A stretch of DNA of 64,000 nucleotides from Cyanidioschyzon merolae (lineage: Eukaryota): NCBI GenBank assembly GCA_000091205.1, contig AP006492.2. One strand, given 5' to 3'. The number at the start of each line of letters is the position of its first letter. Position 1 is the stretch's first letter. Position numbers and translations under genes: made by a program. The notes under the pieces were generated by a model that was not told where the DNA came from, ran no database searches, and saw only the letters and a program-made list of their open reading frames with translations. Positions 1 to 9,992 of the stretch are shown piece after piece.

Positions 1-466
1 CGCTGGTGTGTACTGCGAGTACATGCAAGATCCCGTACAGCGTCCTCGGCGACATCTCGGGCGTTTCGCAGGCGCTAATATGCTGGAGCCCGCGTCCACC
101 AAGCAGGTCCCTCGGAAGGACCTCCTTTCCATATCCGCATAGAGAAAAAGGCACCGCGGAACGTGGAGGCATCCACCAAATCGAAAAGATTGAAGTCCCT
201 GTGGCTTCCTGCGTTCGCCTGCCCGAGCTGGGTTCTGCTTCGATTAGGCGATCCTGTCTGGTGCAAGACTGCAGTGTTTTGCAATCGCTAGGCGCAAGAG
301 ATATATGCCGTGGAATCGTTGATACGAGCAAGGAATTACCTTTTGCTTGAAGCTTATCGGCATGCGGGGACGCCTCCACACAGGCATTAGTACGCCTGCG
401 ATGTTTATTTGGGTGCAGGATCTTTTACAATAGAAGCGGATTCCCTTTTGCGTGAAGGTCATCTGC

Positions 467-2467
467 ATGAAAGGCAGCGTCCAAGCACGCATTGATGTGC
501 CGCAAGACAGAGGCGCGCGCACATCAGTTGCTGCAGATCGGCGACTCGACCAAGAGGCGCGGCTTCTTGCGGATGGGTTACTTACGGCAGACGTCGAACT
601 CCGATACAGAGTTCGGCAGATGAGCTCCAAAGAAAAACCAGGTTCCTCGCTAAGCAAACCTAACCCTAGAGAGAAAGAGAGACCTCCCGTTGCAACGAAT
701 GAGGAAGGCTTTGCGACTCCGATTTCACGCAAGCTTCTGCACGAACCTGCAGTTGTTCGAGTAGAGCTGTTGCAGACGCGAACCCCTGTGGAGGGGTGTG
801 AACTGACACCTTTTGTTCTTCTTAAGGACTTGAACGGTGATCAGCGCACAGCAGAAGCTATGGAAACGCGAACGAAAGGGGTCTTAGCAGCACAGTACCG
901 TTGGTATCGTCGGGAGTACCGGTTTGTGTGCGCGAAGACGGGTTTGCCGGCCCAGTTTGAGTGCCTGGAGCTTGGACGTGTCCGTACTGAGCTGGAACGC
1001 CTAGGAGATACATCCGTTGCTAATATAGCAGGACTCGCGTATTTTCACCAAAGTACTGAGATCATAGATATATGGTCAACGTTTCGGGAACTCTGGCGGA
1101 GAGTTCGTGTTTTACAGCAACAAAAGGAGGCCCGCAGAGAGCCCGCGCTTCGCAACAAAAATGCATTACGCATCGACCAGAGCAGAGACGAAGCCTTGGT
1201 GTGCGAGATTCCGCCGGAAAATGACTCGAAGTTGGTGGAATGTGGTTTTGTGCGGAACTATGCCCCCACTATGGTTGACATCGGGAGGACTCTTGTACTC
1301 GAGTGTCGATATATCTGGAAAGTGCCCAATGAGGAGATCCGTATCGGTCCGCCAGTTTACTTTGAAACTCTACCGGTCATACCGTTTCCACCACCGCCTC
1401 CGGAGAGGCGCATGTTTCTGGTTGCCGACACAAACTGTGATTACTCCGTCAAGGATCGCGTCTGCAGTGGTGAACCGAACTGCTTCCCTTTGCGCCTGCT
1501 ATCATACAATTGCTTGGCAGAGATATACGCGAATTCAGACCTCTACTCATATTGCCCAGACTGGGCGCTGTCTTGGAATTATCGCCGACGGAATCTGCTG
1601 CGGGAAATTCTGAGCCTTGAGGCTGATGTGGTTTGCTTGCAGGAGATCCAGGCGGATCACTTTGAAGAGCATTTCAACCCAGCAATGCGTCGCGCTGGCT
1701 ACGAGGGAATATACAAAGCGAAGATGCGAGAGTCCATGGGGCGTAAGGGCAAAGTCGATGGATGTGCAACATTTTACCGTCGGGATCGCTTTCAACTTAT
1801 TGAGAAACACGAGATTGAGTACAGTACGGTAGCCCGCGAAAAGGTGAAAGAAAAACGTCTACTCAATCGACTTATGAAAGACAATGTTGCTTTGCTTGTT
1901 GTTCTCGAGGATACTGCAACAAACAGCAGAGTCTGTGTCGCGAACACGCATATTTTCTGGGATCCTGACCAAACGGATGTCAAACTTTTTCAAGTAGATA
2001 CTTTTCTGCAAGAGGCGGAACGTTACATTGGGCCTCGCAACCTTCCGCTTCTCATCGCAGGCGATTTCAACTCGCTTCCTGAGAGTTCTATATATGAACT
2101 GGTAGTAGGAAACGAAGTCAGCGGTCAACGACCAGATGTTATTGATGGGATGCTTGAAATATTGAAAATTTCTCCATGTCAACATAACATGTTGCTTCGA
2201 TCCGTGTACGGTCTAGGAGGCGAGTTCACGGAGCCTGCATATACGAACTATACTGGACACTTTGTTGGGACCCTAGATTTCATCTTTTTTACTCCTGACA
2301 AGATCGTGCCGGTTGGAACGCTTGAGATCCTCGATGAGGCGCGGTTACTTGGGGAAGAATATACCGCGCTCCCGAATCCGCGCTGGTCCTCGGATCATAT
2401 CTCGATCATGGCGGACTTTGACATCCGCGTGCTTCATCCGGGGCAAAGCACAGCCTCGTGGGCCTGA
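467..2467 (+). CDS. CCR4/nocturnin-type mRNA deadenylase (endonuclease/exonuclease/phosphatase family)
   Basis: The ORF is 452..2467; the first in-frame ATG is at 467. The C-terminal ~340 aa carry the EEP-nuclease signature of CCR4/angel deadenylases (LLSYNCLAEIY...CLQEIQADHFEE...GCATFYRRDRF...LIAGDFNSLPESS...SDHISIMADF). The N-terminal ~330 aa have no recognisable domain. Confidence 0.75.
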   Translation: MKGSVQARIDVPQDRGARTSVAADRRLDQEARLLADGLLTADVELRYRVRQMSSKEKPGSSLSKPNPREKERPPVATNEEGFATPISRKLLHEPAVVRVELLQTRTPVEGCELTPFVLLKDLNGDQRTAEAMETRTKGVLAAQYRWYRREYRFVCAKTGLPAQFECLELGRVRTELERLGDTSVANIAGLAYFHQSTEIIDIWSTFRELWRRVRVLQQQKEARREPALRNKNALRIDQSRDEALVCEIPPENDSKLVECGFVRNYAPTMVDIGRTLVLECRYIWKVPNEEIRIGPPVYFETLPVIPFPPPPPERRMFLVADTNCDYSVKDRVCSGEPNCFPLRLLSYNCLAEIYANSDLYSYCPDWALSWNYRRRNLLREILSLEADVVCLQEIQADHFEEHFNPAMRRAGYEGIYKAKMRESMGRKGKVDGCATFYRRDRFQLIEKHEIEYSTVAREKVKEKRLLNRLMKDNVALLVVLEDTATNSRVCVANTHIFWDPDQTDVKLFQVDTFLQEAERYIGPRNLPLLIAGDFNSLPESSIYELVVGNEVSGQRPDVIDGMLEILKISPCQHNMLLRSVYGLGGEFTEPAYTNYTGHFVGTLDFIFFTPDKIVPVGTLEILDEARLLGEEYTALPNPRWSSDHISIMADFDIRVLHPGQSTASWA

Positions 2468-3619
2468 GCAAGATGTTTAAGCCAATGGCAAGTGTGGGTC
2501 CTCGAAACTCCACCTCAAGCTAGGTTTTGGCACAGCGTCGTGACTGCACCGGGGAGCCGTTGCTGCAATAAAGAGAGTGCGGCAATATCAGTCGTGGATT
2601 CCGGAAGCGGGGGCGCTTCTTTCATCTGGCAACAGTAAGGATTGTATTGGACGCAGACGCGAGTGCACAAGGTCAAAAAGTTTAAGACTTTATGAGCACG
2701 AGCCTGCGGAAGTGTGAGCCCAGAAACTGTAGAGTAGCTGTAGGACCTTACGCTTCGAGGCAGCCTCGGCTACACTTTCCCATGAGCTTCAACTGGAACT
2801 TGCCTGCTCTGTGGACCTTGTACAAGGAGACAATACCTTGGAGTTTCCCGAAAATCTGCACGATTTCGGTGGGAGCTGAATACTCATCAGAAGAACGAAT
2901 AAACGCAGCTCCCTCATTCACTGAAACTGGCTGGTATACCAAGCCCAAGAGATGCAAAAGGGCGCACTCCGAGCCGAAAGTCTGAATAGTCTGTGAAACG
3001 CCAACGCAAGTCTTCGCGGAGCCTCTGCCGCACTCCAGCCGTGTTCGATGTTGACCAGAGTGCTTAAAGGCTGCTGAGCGCCCCTGTGAAAATAGTAAAA
3101 ACGCTTGTTCTTGCACTGCTCAGCTGCAGGCGCAATCTACTGCACAAGCCTCATGCTTCCGACCAAACGCATTCTTTAGCAGTTGTGCACGAAATACAGT
3201 GCCAGCAGGCCACTGAGCATACCTGCGAAAACTTCAAAAAGCTTCTGTGTGCGCTGGTCTACAGCAGAAGCTATCAATCCAAGCACACACCTCTTACATT
3301 AGCTCTAAACTCAAAGTTCCGCAACCGTGAAAAAGCTCAGCAAACGCTGAGTTTTCAATACACCCACGAAGTTTGCTCGTAACAGGTGCAAAACTATACT
3401 AGAGCAGTCCGCACTGGCCTGCTCCACGTGTGCTCTGGTAGCAGCACCTAAAACTTCGCCTCTTCGACAAGCCCGCGCTCCGAATGCATTCGACCCAGCA
3501 TCACGGGTTTCATTGCACAAACAGTGTGCTTTCGAGCCTCGTGACACTTTTGCCTCATCAGCTAGAGGCAACCGGTCTGGACGTGAAAAACCTTTGCAAC
3601 TTTTCAACAGCACAAACTT

Positions 3620-5146
3620 ATGCTCCCAGCTAGCGTTGGAGGATCAATCAGCTTGGAAACAGACAACCGTGGCGAGCGCACCGAGCGGGCTGCACGGAGA
3701 AGCTTCCGAGGTCGCCTAGCGTTCCTAGGTCCCAAACTTGGGGCTTGGGGACCCACGCAGAGCTGTTCGGCTGCTCCAAACTGTGCGATATCTGAAGCAC
3801 AGCCACGGAAAGGAGCTGGTCGCGGGACGGCTTACCGGCAGGGGAACTCTCTGCGGAACGTGAGGTTCGTTTTGAACGCGAACCAGGAGACGGGCGCTGT
3901 TGGACCAGCGGAAGCCCCCCATCGACGGCTGTCTAACTGGGGAGGCCTTGGCGGCGCATACGACACAAAAGTCTACCCGGCCAAGAGTTTGTGCTCTCAC
4001 TGCGGCTTGTGTGATACCCGCTACATCACCTATGTGCGCGACAGCTGCGCGTTCCTGAACCAGCACATTGCAGAGCTCGAGCAAAAGGTGCATGGACGCA
4101 GTCGCGCTCTGGATTCCGAAGATGAGCTCTATTTTGGTGTATTCCAGAGCATGCTGGTTGCACGCAAGAAGAAGCCTATTGCTGGCGCCCAGTGGACAGG
4201 CATTGTTTCATCGCTTGCTATTGCAATGCTAGAAAGCGGTCTCGTTGAGGGTGTGGTGTGCGTCCAGAGCAGCAAGGACGATCGTTTCAAGCCCGTGCCG
4301 GTAATTGCACGCAATCGAGCTGAAATCTTAGCGGCTAGGGTGAACAAGCCGACGCTGTCACCAAACCTGTCCGTGCTGGACGCAGTAGAACGAAGCGGTA
4401 TCAAACGTCTGCTTTTCATTGGCGTAGGCTGTCAGGTGGAAGCGCTCCGATCCGTTCAAGATCGAATCGGACTCGAAAAACTTTACGTTTTAGGGACTCC
4501 ATGCGTGGATAATGTGACGCGAGCCGGGCTTCAAAAGTTTCTCGATACGACCTCATCGTCACCGGAGACTGTCGTCTACTATGAGTTCATGCAGGACTTT
4601 CGGGTCCATTTTAAACACGATGATTCCGTGATTGGAGGCCCTGGAAGAAAGTGGGACGAAATCGTACCTTTTTTTGCGCTGAACACACAAGAGTTGAAGG
4701 AAGTTTTCGCTCCATCATGTCTATCTTGTTTTGACTATGTGAATGGTTTAGCGGATCTCGTGGTGGGTTACATGGGGGCACCTTTCGGATGGCAATGGCT
4801 TGTTGCACGGAACGAAACCGGACTGGAGATGCTAGAGCTCGCCCGACAGGTCTGCGGTCTGGAGGAGGGCCCCGTCGACGCATGCGGCGATCGACGCGCT
4901 GCTGTCCAGCAGTCGATCACTGCCTACGATCGAGCGCTTACCCTGCCTCGATGGATCGCTGAGTTTTTGGCCATCATCATCGGTAAGATTGGCCCAAAGG
5001 GTCTGGAGTATGCTCGCTTCTCCATCGACAGCCATTTTACCAGAAATTATCTTTACGTGCGGCGCCGATACCCGGAGAAGCTCGATGCTCATGTTCCCGA
5101 GTACGCGAAGCGTATCGTGTCCCAGTACAAGTTGCCGGATACATGA
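3620..5146 (+). CDS. HCAR: 7-hydroxymethyl chlorophyll a reductase / F-type divinyl reductase family Fe-S flavoprotein (FrhB-like), with a probable ~110-aa N-terminal transit peptide
   Basis: ATG at 3620 confirmed. From CSHCGLCDTRYITYVRDSCAFL onward the protein has HCAR/Slr1923-type motifs (GAQWTGIVSSLAIAMLESGLVEGVVCVQS, LLFIGVGCQVEALRSV, LYVLGTPCVDN, APSCLSCFDYVNGLADLVVGYMG, GPKGLEYARFSIDSHFTRNYLYV), compared from memory with plant HCAR. The N-terminal region is R/S/A-rich and presequence-like. Confidence 0.85.
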   Translation: MLPASVGGSISLETDNRGERTERAARRSFRGRLAFLGPKLGAWGPTQSCSAAPNCAISEAQPRKGAGRGTAYRQGNSLRNVRFVLNANQETGAVGPAEAPHRRLSNWGGLGGAYDTKVYPAKSLCSHCGLCDTRYITYVRDSCAFLNQHIAELEQKVHGRSRALDSEDELYFGVFQSMLVARKKKPIAGAQWTGIVSSLAIAMLESGLVEGVVCVQSSKDDRFKPVPVIARNRAEILAARVNKPTLSPNLSVLDAVERSGIKRLLFIGVGCQVEALRSVQDRIGLEKLYVLGTPCVDNVTRAGLQKFLDTTSSSPETVVYYEFMQDFRVHFKHDDSVIGGPGRKWDEIVPFFALNTQELKEVFAPSCLSCFDYVNGLADLVVGYMGAPFGWQWLVARNETGLEMLELARQVCGLEEGPVDACGDRRAAVQQSITAYDRALTLPRWIAEFLAIIIGKIGPKGLEYARFSIDSHFTRNYLYVRRRYPEKLDAHVPEYAKRIVSQYKLPDT

Positions 5147-5184
5147 AATTGAAGTTCCATGCGGCTTGGAATGAGCTGATTGCG

Positions 5185-7326
5185 TTAAGGCACCGGATGC
5201 GATTCTGGTGCTGGATTGCTTGTCTGCTCACCACGTCTGCGATACGTAAGTTCGAGGTCTTTCGGACTTTTCCAGATGAGCCAGCGCACGGTGCCCAGGT
5301 TCATATTGGGATCCAAAACGTGGCCTCGGCAGAGTATTTCGATCTCCTGCGGGGGCGGGACTATCGGCTCGGACGAGAGGGCATCTGTGGCGGCCCGGCT
5401 GGCGCCCAGGGCCCCTCGGTGACCACCAGGCGAGGCCCGTTGATTCGCAGACGTTGTCTGTTCGGAGAGCTTCGCGGAAACGTACGCCATGGCTTTGCGG
5501 ATTCGCAATATTCGAGGTGCAGTCAGTTTGCTCTGGCGAAGGCTCTGTAATGTGCTCCCAATGGCGGGTTCCAGACCGAACGATATCTTGACTTGCTCTT
5601 TGGCAAGCGTGCGATTTCGTCCGACAATGTCGATGACCCATGAAGGCATGAGCCGCTCTTCAATTTCGGATCCATCAAAGCGATGCGCAAGCTTATGAAT
5701 CAGAGGTTCGATGTGGCCCTGCTCGTTGACCACCACCGGAATGTCGCCGGGGAAAACAAATGGTGTAAGTACCGCAGCTTTCTTCTCCGCCGTCGTTGAT
5801 CCTGTATCACTGGATTGGCCCGAACCTGTATTCAAGGTTTCCGCTACATGAGGGTTGCGCTTTAACCACTGCTTTCGCCACCAGTGAAAGAGCCCTCGGA
5901 GCGTGTGCTCGCCAATATTGACTTTTTGGTCTTCGGATTCGGCCTCCAGACCAATATCCACTGCGTAGACATCTGCGTCGCTCACAGTGCTTTTGCGCAA
6001 ACGGATACCGAGGCTACCCATACGAGTGTCCACGTTGAACCAGGACGGCACGTAAACGAGCTCATCGATCTCTGCGATGACATCATCAAGGCTTCGATCG
6101 CGACCGAAACTTCGAATGTTCAGCGCTCGACATACATCCCACAAGTGAATGCCATGTTCGCTATCTCGGACCAAAACGTGACGTCGATTGTTCAAGACTC
6201 GATAGTCGACTACGGATGGGAGCCCTTCAATGACGCATTCATGAGTCGGATCTGGATGTTTCATGGAAACGCATCGGAGTTGAGATTCACCAAATCCGAT
6301 CCATAAATTGGAGGAATAGTTGGCTGTCGGTGCAATGCAAACATCTAAAACAGCCTTAGACCAGTCACATACCTGCTCTCTGCGCGCCGAGTGCCCGTCG
6401 GGCTCGAACAGCCTTCGTGTCTCTTTCGAATTCCGGAGATCGGTGCGGCAGACAGTCCCGTCACGTGAACCGGACACGAACCACGAAAAAGACGGTGGTA
6501 CATCAAGCGACCACACAGAGTCTTCATGAACGTGGTGGAAGACACTGAGGCAACGCTGTTGCCGAATATCCCAGAGCCGAACCGCCCCGTCGCTGCCGCC
6601 ACTAAGACACAAAAGTCCGTTCGAAGATAGTCGAATGCGACGAACGATATCAGCATGTCCATGCAGCCTCATGACATCTCGACTCGTTCGCAAGTCGTAC
6701 AGCCGAATAGATCGATCTGAGTGCCCTGCGGCGACAACAAAACAGTCTGCCGAGCCGTTCAGTGCACCATCCCGATGAAGCGCTGAAGCAATGCAATAGA
6801 TCGACTCATTTTCATCGCCTCTCATTTCAGAAAAGGCCACCATACGATCTAGATCCCACAGAATGATACGATTGTCGTATGCGGTGCTCACGAACTGTCG
6901 GCTACTGACGTTCGCGAGAGCTCGCACATAGTCCTGGTGTTCAACGAGCGTCGCAAGGCACGCTCCGGCCGATAGGTCCCAAACTTTCACGGTCGCATCA
7001 GAGGAGCACGAAACCAGCGTAGGATAGCCTCCTGGGGACACAACGTCGTTCACCCAGTCGGTATGCTCTTCCAGAGAGCGCAAATGTGCCTGCTTAGCGA
7101 TCCGCCCCTGTTGCGCTCTATGGTCGATGGACCACAGCCGCACTGACCCATCCCGACCGGCTGAAACGAGAAGGTAGGCGTCCGACTGAGATTCGGGCTT
7201 CTGTAAGGCCAGCACAGCGTTAATGCCGTAGCGATGCTGTTGCTCTGGAAAGCGACACCAGTACGTAACCGTCCGCTGCTCAGACCTGGCGTTCCGCGGG
7301 AACGACAAACTTTGCGCGTCCGTCAT
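5185..7326 (-). CDS. WDR48: WD40-repeat protein, WDR48/UAF1-like (deubiquitinase-activating factor)
   Basis: ATG at 7326 (minus) confirmed. The N-terminal half has at least 7 WD40 repeats (LVSAGRDGSVRLW, LVSCSSDATVKVWD, TAYDNRIILWD, AAGHSDRSIRLYD, LSGGSDGAVRLWD, VSGSRDGTVCRTD) and a WDR48-like N-terminus (VTYW...GINAVLAL). The C-terminal ~300 aa resemble the WDR48 ancillary/SLD region. Confidence 0.75.
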   Translation of the reverse strand: MTDAQSLSFPRNARSEQRTVTYWCRFPEQQHRYGINAVLALQKPESQSDAYLLVSAGRDGSVRLWSIDHRAQQGRIAKQAHLRSLEEHTDWVNDVVSPGGYPTLVSCSSDATVKVWDLSAGACLATLVEHQDYVRALANVSSRQFVSTAYDNRIILWDLDRMVAFSEMRGDENESIYCIASALHRDGALNGSADCFVVAAGHSDRSIRLYDLRTSRDVMRLHGHADIVRRIRLSSNGLLCLSGGSDGAVRLWDIRQQRCLSVFHHVHEDSVWSLDVPPSFSWFVSGSRDGTVCRTDLRNSKETRRLFEPDGHSARREQVCDWSKAVLDVCIAPTANYSSNLWIGFGESQLRCVSMKHPDPTHECVIEGLPSVVDYRVLNNRRHVLVRDSEHGIHLWDVCRALNIRSFGRDRSLDDVIAEIDELVYVPSWFNVDTRMGSLGIRLRKSTVSDADVYAVDIGLEAESEDQKVNIGEHTLRGLFHWWRKQWLKRNPHVAETLNTGSGQSSDTGSTTAEKKAAVLTPFVFPGDIPVVVNEQGHIEPLIHKLAHRFDGSEIEERLMPSWVIDIVGRNRTLAKEQVKISFGLEPAIGSTLQSLRQSKLTAPRILRIRKAMAYVSAKLSEQTTSANQRASPGGHRGALGASRAATDALSSEPIVPPPQEIEILCRGHVLDPNMNLGTVRWLIWKSPKDLELTYRRRGEQTSNPAPESHPVP

Positions 7327-7643
7327 GCGCTGTGTGGCTTCGTAGAAAGCACAGTCCGCTGCACGACGCCTTCAAACACCAGGCTCCTAAGAAACCTTGT
7401 GCATTCCTCAGTGCGATGCAACAACGCACCGTAGCCCTTAGACGCTACGGATTGTAACGAAAAAGGCGGTTAAGCGCGACATCTGCGTGCGAATTGGCCG
7501 TCACAGCCTTGGAAACGTCCACGGGCTTGAAGCGTTCGCAGAGCGCGAACAATTCTCCTGCAATCGCCATGGGTAATGTTTTACTTTAGTTCAGGTTCCC
7601 AGAATCATTTGAATGCTTAGGTTTGGTGCTTCCGTGGAGAGTT

Positions 7644-7668
7644 CCCTGTCTCCAGGATATAATGCATC
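7644..7668 (+). promoter_or_regulatory. TATA-like element copy 1 (TTCCCTGTCTCCAGGATATAATGCATCG)
   Basis: One of two ~24-bp imperfect direct repeats sharing a GGATATAATG core, in the 1.3-kb divergent intergenic region between WDR48 (minus, start 7326) and prohibitin (plus, start 8650). A regulatory role is a hypothesis. Confidence 0.2.
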
Positions 7669-8002
7669 GGTGAGATCCGAGCGATCTGCTTCTCGGATAC
7701 TGCACACCACAGGTCACGCGCATGGGTCGTGTCCTATTATCGTCACTATCTCTGATTTGATACGTTTTTCGTTTGGTTATTCTACGATGGGCGCTCAATG
7801 GCTTCGTTCGTAGGATACGTTTTCGCCCAACCAGAGGCGTCTATACGGCTGCAAAGCTGTTTGCGTCCGCGTTCAGGCACGGGTGTCGCATGGAAAGGCC
7901 TTTCGGGCATCGACTCGACATCCGCACTGGGCGCTTGATTCCATAGAGCGATGTATCGCTCCGGATGCGAAACAGGGCAGGATACTTTTTACATCGCCGG
8001 TT

Positions 8003-8025
8003 TTCCCTCTGGATATAATGTTCAT
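8003..8025 (+). promoter_or_regulatory. TATA-like element copy 2 (TTCCCTCTGGATATAATGTTCATG)
   Basis: Second copy of the GGATATAATG-containing motif, ~357 bp downstream of copy 1 in the same orientation. Confidence 0.2.
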
Positions 8026-8649
8026 GCTGCATGGAATATAGCGATGACCACAGTGCTACCCAGAGGCTTTACGTAGGAATACTCCATTTGAATGATGTCC
8101 ATCCTTGGCCCCTGCTGAAGAAGAAGACGCCTCTGTCAAGGCCAGTCGGACCATTGCAACAATCCGCGCCCGGTAATCATAGACTAGTGGTGTTGGAGAT
8201 CCGCATGCCATGGCGCTCCAGGTCGGCGCCAAGCTCACGTCTGATGGGGTGCTTGAAACCTTGGGATCCTTCGAAAGGAGCACAACGACACCGACGCTTC
8301 ATGAAAGATAATGGGTATGAACTAGTCGGCATCGCTCGCAGAGCCCCGAATATGTCGATGCAGAGAAGTCCCGCGCATCATACGTTGTCTGCACGGCGAG
8401 CTAGGTTCCGAGCGCCGCCCGTGCGAATCGGCACGCTGCAACGACTCGAACTGTGAAAATGGAACATTTAGGAACAATAAGTATTTATTTGATATGGATT
8501 TGGTATTTGTGGACGTATGACGGCCGGCGCCCGTCTCGAAAGCGCTGATGGCGATGGAATCGTACGCCGTTCGTACCCCTAGCAGACTTTCGAAAGTTTC
8601 GCGTACCCGGCAGTCTTCGGAGACGCGGCGCTGACGCTCAGGATCGGGT

Positions 8650-9504
8650 ATGGGCGCTTCAGGTAGAGAGGCAGCGGCCAAGCTGGCAAAGACGCTGAAC
8701 ACGGCAGCCAAGTACTCCATTGCGCTGGGCGTACTGGGAAGCCTCCTGCAGACGTCGCTGTATACTGTGGAAGGCGGTCATCGCGCCGTTATCTTCAACC
8801 GCTTTACCGGAGTTGAACAGCGTGTCGTTGGTGAAGGCACACATCTGCGCATTCCCTGGGTTCAGAAACCCATTATCTATGACGTGCGCACACGTCCGCG
8901 CACGATCACTTCCGTAACAGGTACGAAAGATCTTCAGATGGTGAACCTAACGCTCCGAGTTCTCAGCAAGCCAGATAAACAGCAGCTTCCACGGATATAC
9001 TCGAGGCTAGGTGTGGACTATGATGAGCGGGTGCTGCCCTCCATTGGCAACGAGGTTCTCAAGGCGATCGTTGCACAGTACAACGCCGAGCAGTTGCTGA
9101 CGCAGCGGGAGAAAGTTAGTCGTCAGATTCGCGAGACACTCACGGCACGAGCGAAATCCTTTGACATTGAGCTCGACGACGTATCTATGACACATCTGAC
9201 GTTTGGACGCGAGTTTGCGCAGGCAATTGAGCAAAAACAGGTTGCACAGCAGGAAGCTGAACGCAGTCGATACATCGTCGCCATCGCTGAACAAGAGCGG
9301 CAAGCTGCCATCACTCGTGCCGAGGGCGAGTCCGAGGCCGCGGCCCTTGTTAGTCAAGCGCTACAAGAGAGTGGTGCCGGTTTTATTCAGCTGAGACGCA
9401 TTGAAGCTGCACGGGAAATCGCGGAAACACTTTCAAAGGCACCAAACGTCGTGTACTTACCGGCGACACATGGAACAAATATCCTTCTGAACCCAGGAAT
9501 ATAA
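8650..9504 (+). CDS. PHB: Prohibitin (SPFH/band-7 family, mitochondrial inner membrane scaffold)
   Basis: ATG at 8650 confirmed. The 284-aa protein is colinear with prohibitins: an N-terminal hydrophobic anchor ([31 protein letters not shown]), an SPFH core ([24 protein letters not shown]...[26 protein letters not shown]) and a coiled-coil ([31 protein letters not shown]). Confidence 0.9.
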   Translation: MGASGREAAAKLAKTLNTAAKYSIALGVLGSLLQTSLYTVEGGHRAVIFNRFTGVEQRVVGEGTHLRIPWVQKPIIYDVRTRPRTITSVTGTKDLQMVNLTLRVLSKPDKQQLPRIYSRLGVDYDERVLPSIGNEVLKAIVAQYNAEQLLTQREKVSRQIRETLTARAKSFDIELDDVSMTHLTFGREFAQAIEQKQVAQQEAERSRYIVAIAEQERQAAITRAEGESEAAALVSQALQESGAGFIQLRRIEAAREIAETLSKAPNVVYLPATHGTNILLNPGI

Positions 9505-9992
9505 CGAAGCAAGTTCAACACAAGCTTTTTTGTGGACAAGTTGCATCGGCCTGGGCAATAGATAAATTCACACTCAAGTGAATTCGTCCGCTTTGAGTGT
9601 ACATGCATCCTGTTCTAGAAGCTGAAACCGAGCCAAAAGAACACAAATGTTATCGTTGCTGGCCAGTTCCTTGTTGGCTACCATGAAATCCTCGCATTGG
9701 TTGCACCGGCTATCAGTTGATGCCGAACGAATTGAAACTGGATGCAGTCTTTTCGCTGCCGAGAAGACAGACGCGTCAAGCACACATACGCACCAGTGCT
9801 GCGAGCCCAATGCGCGTAGCGAGGTTGTGAAGATGCCTCGGGAGAAACACGATGCTGCCCTGCCTGTACTGGGCGATATGCAGATTCGCGAAATTTGCTT
9901 TGAAAGATACGCACACATCATGTATTCCTCATATCGAGCAAGCAGCATGATGCTTACAGAGAAACCGAAAATACCCCGTTTTCCAGTTAAAG

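Noticed and set aside
2748-3116. 122-aa minus-strand ORF with a vaguely globular-looking sequence between the CCR4 and HCAR genes
   Set aside because: It starts with GTG (3114-3116 on the minus strand), and the only in-frame ATG is ~10 codons before the stop. I could not match it to any family.
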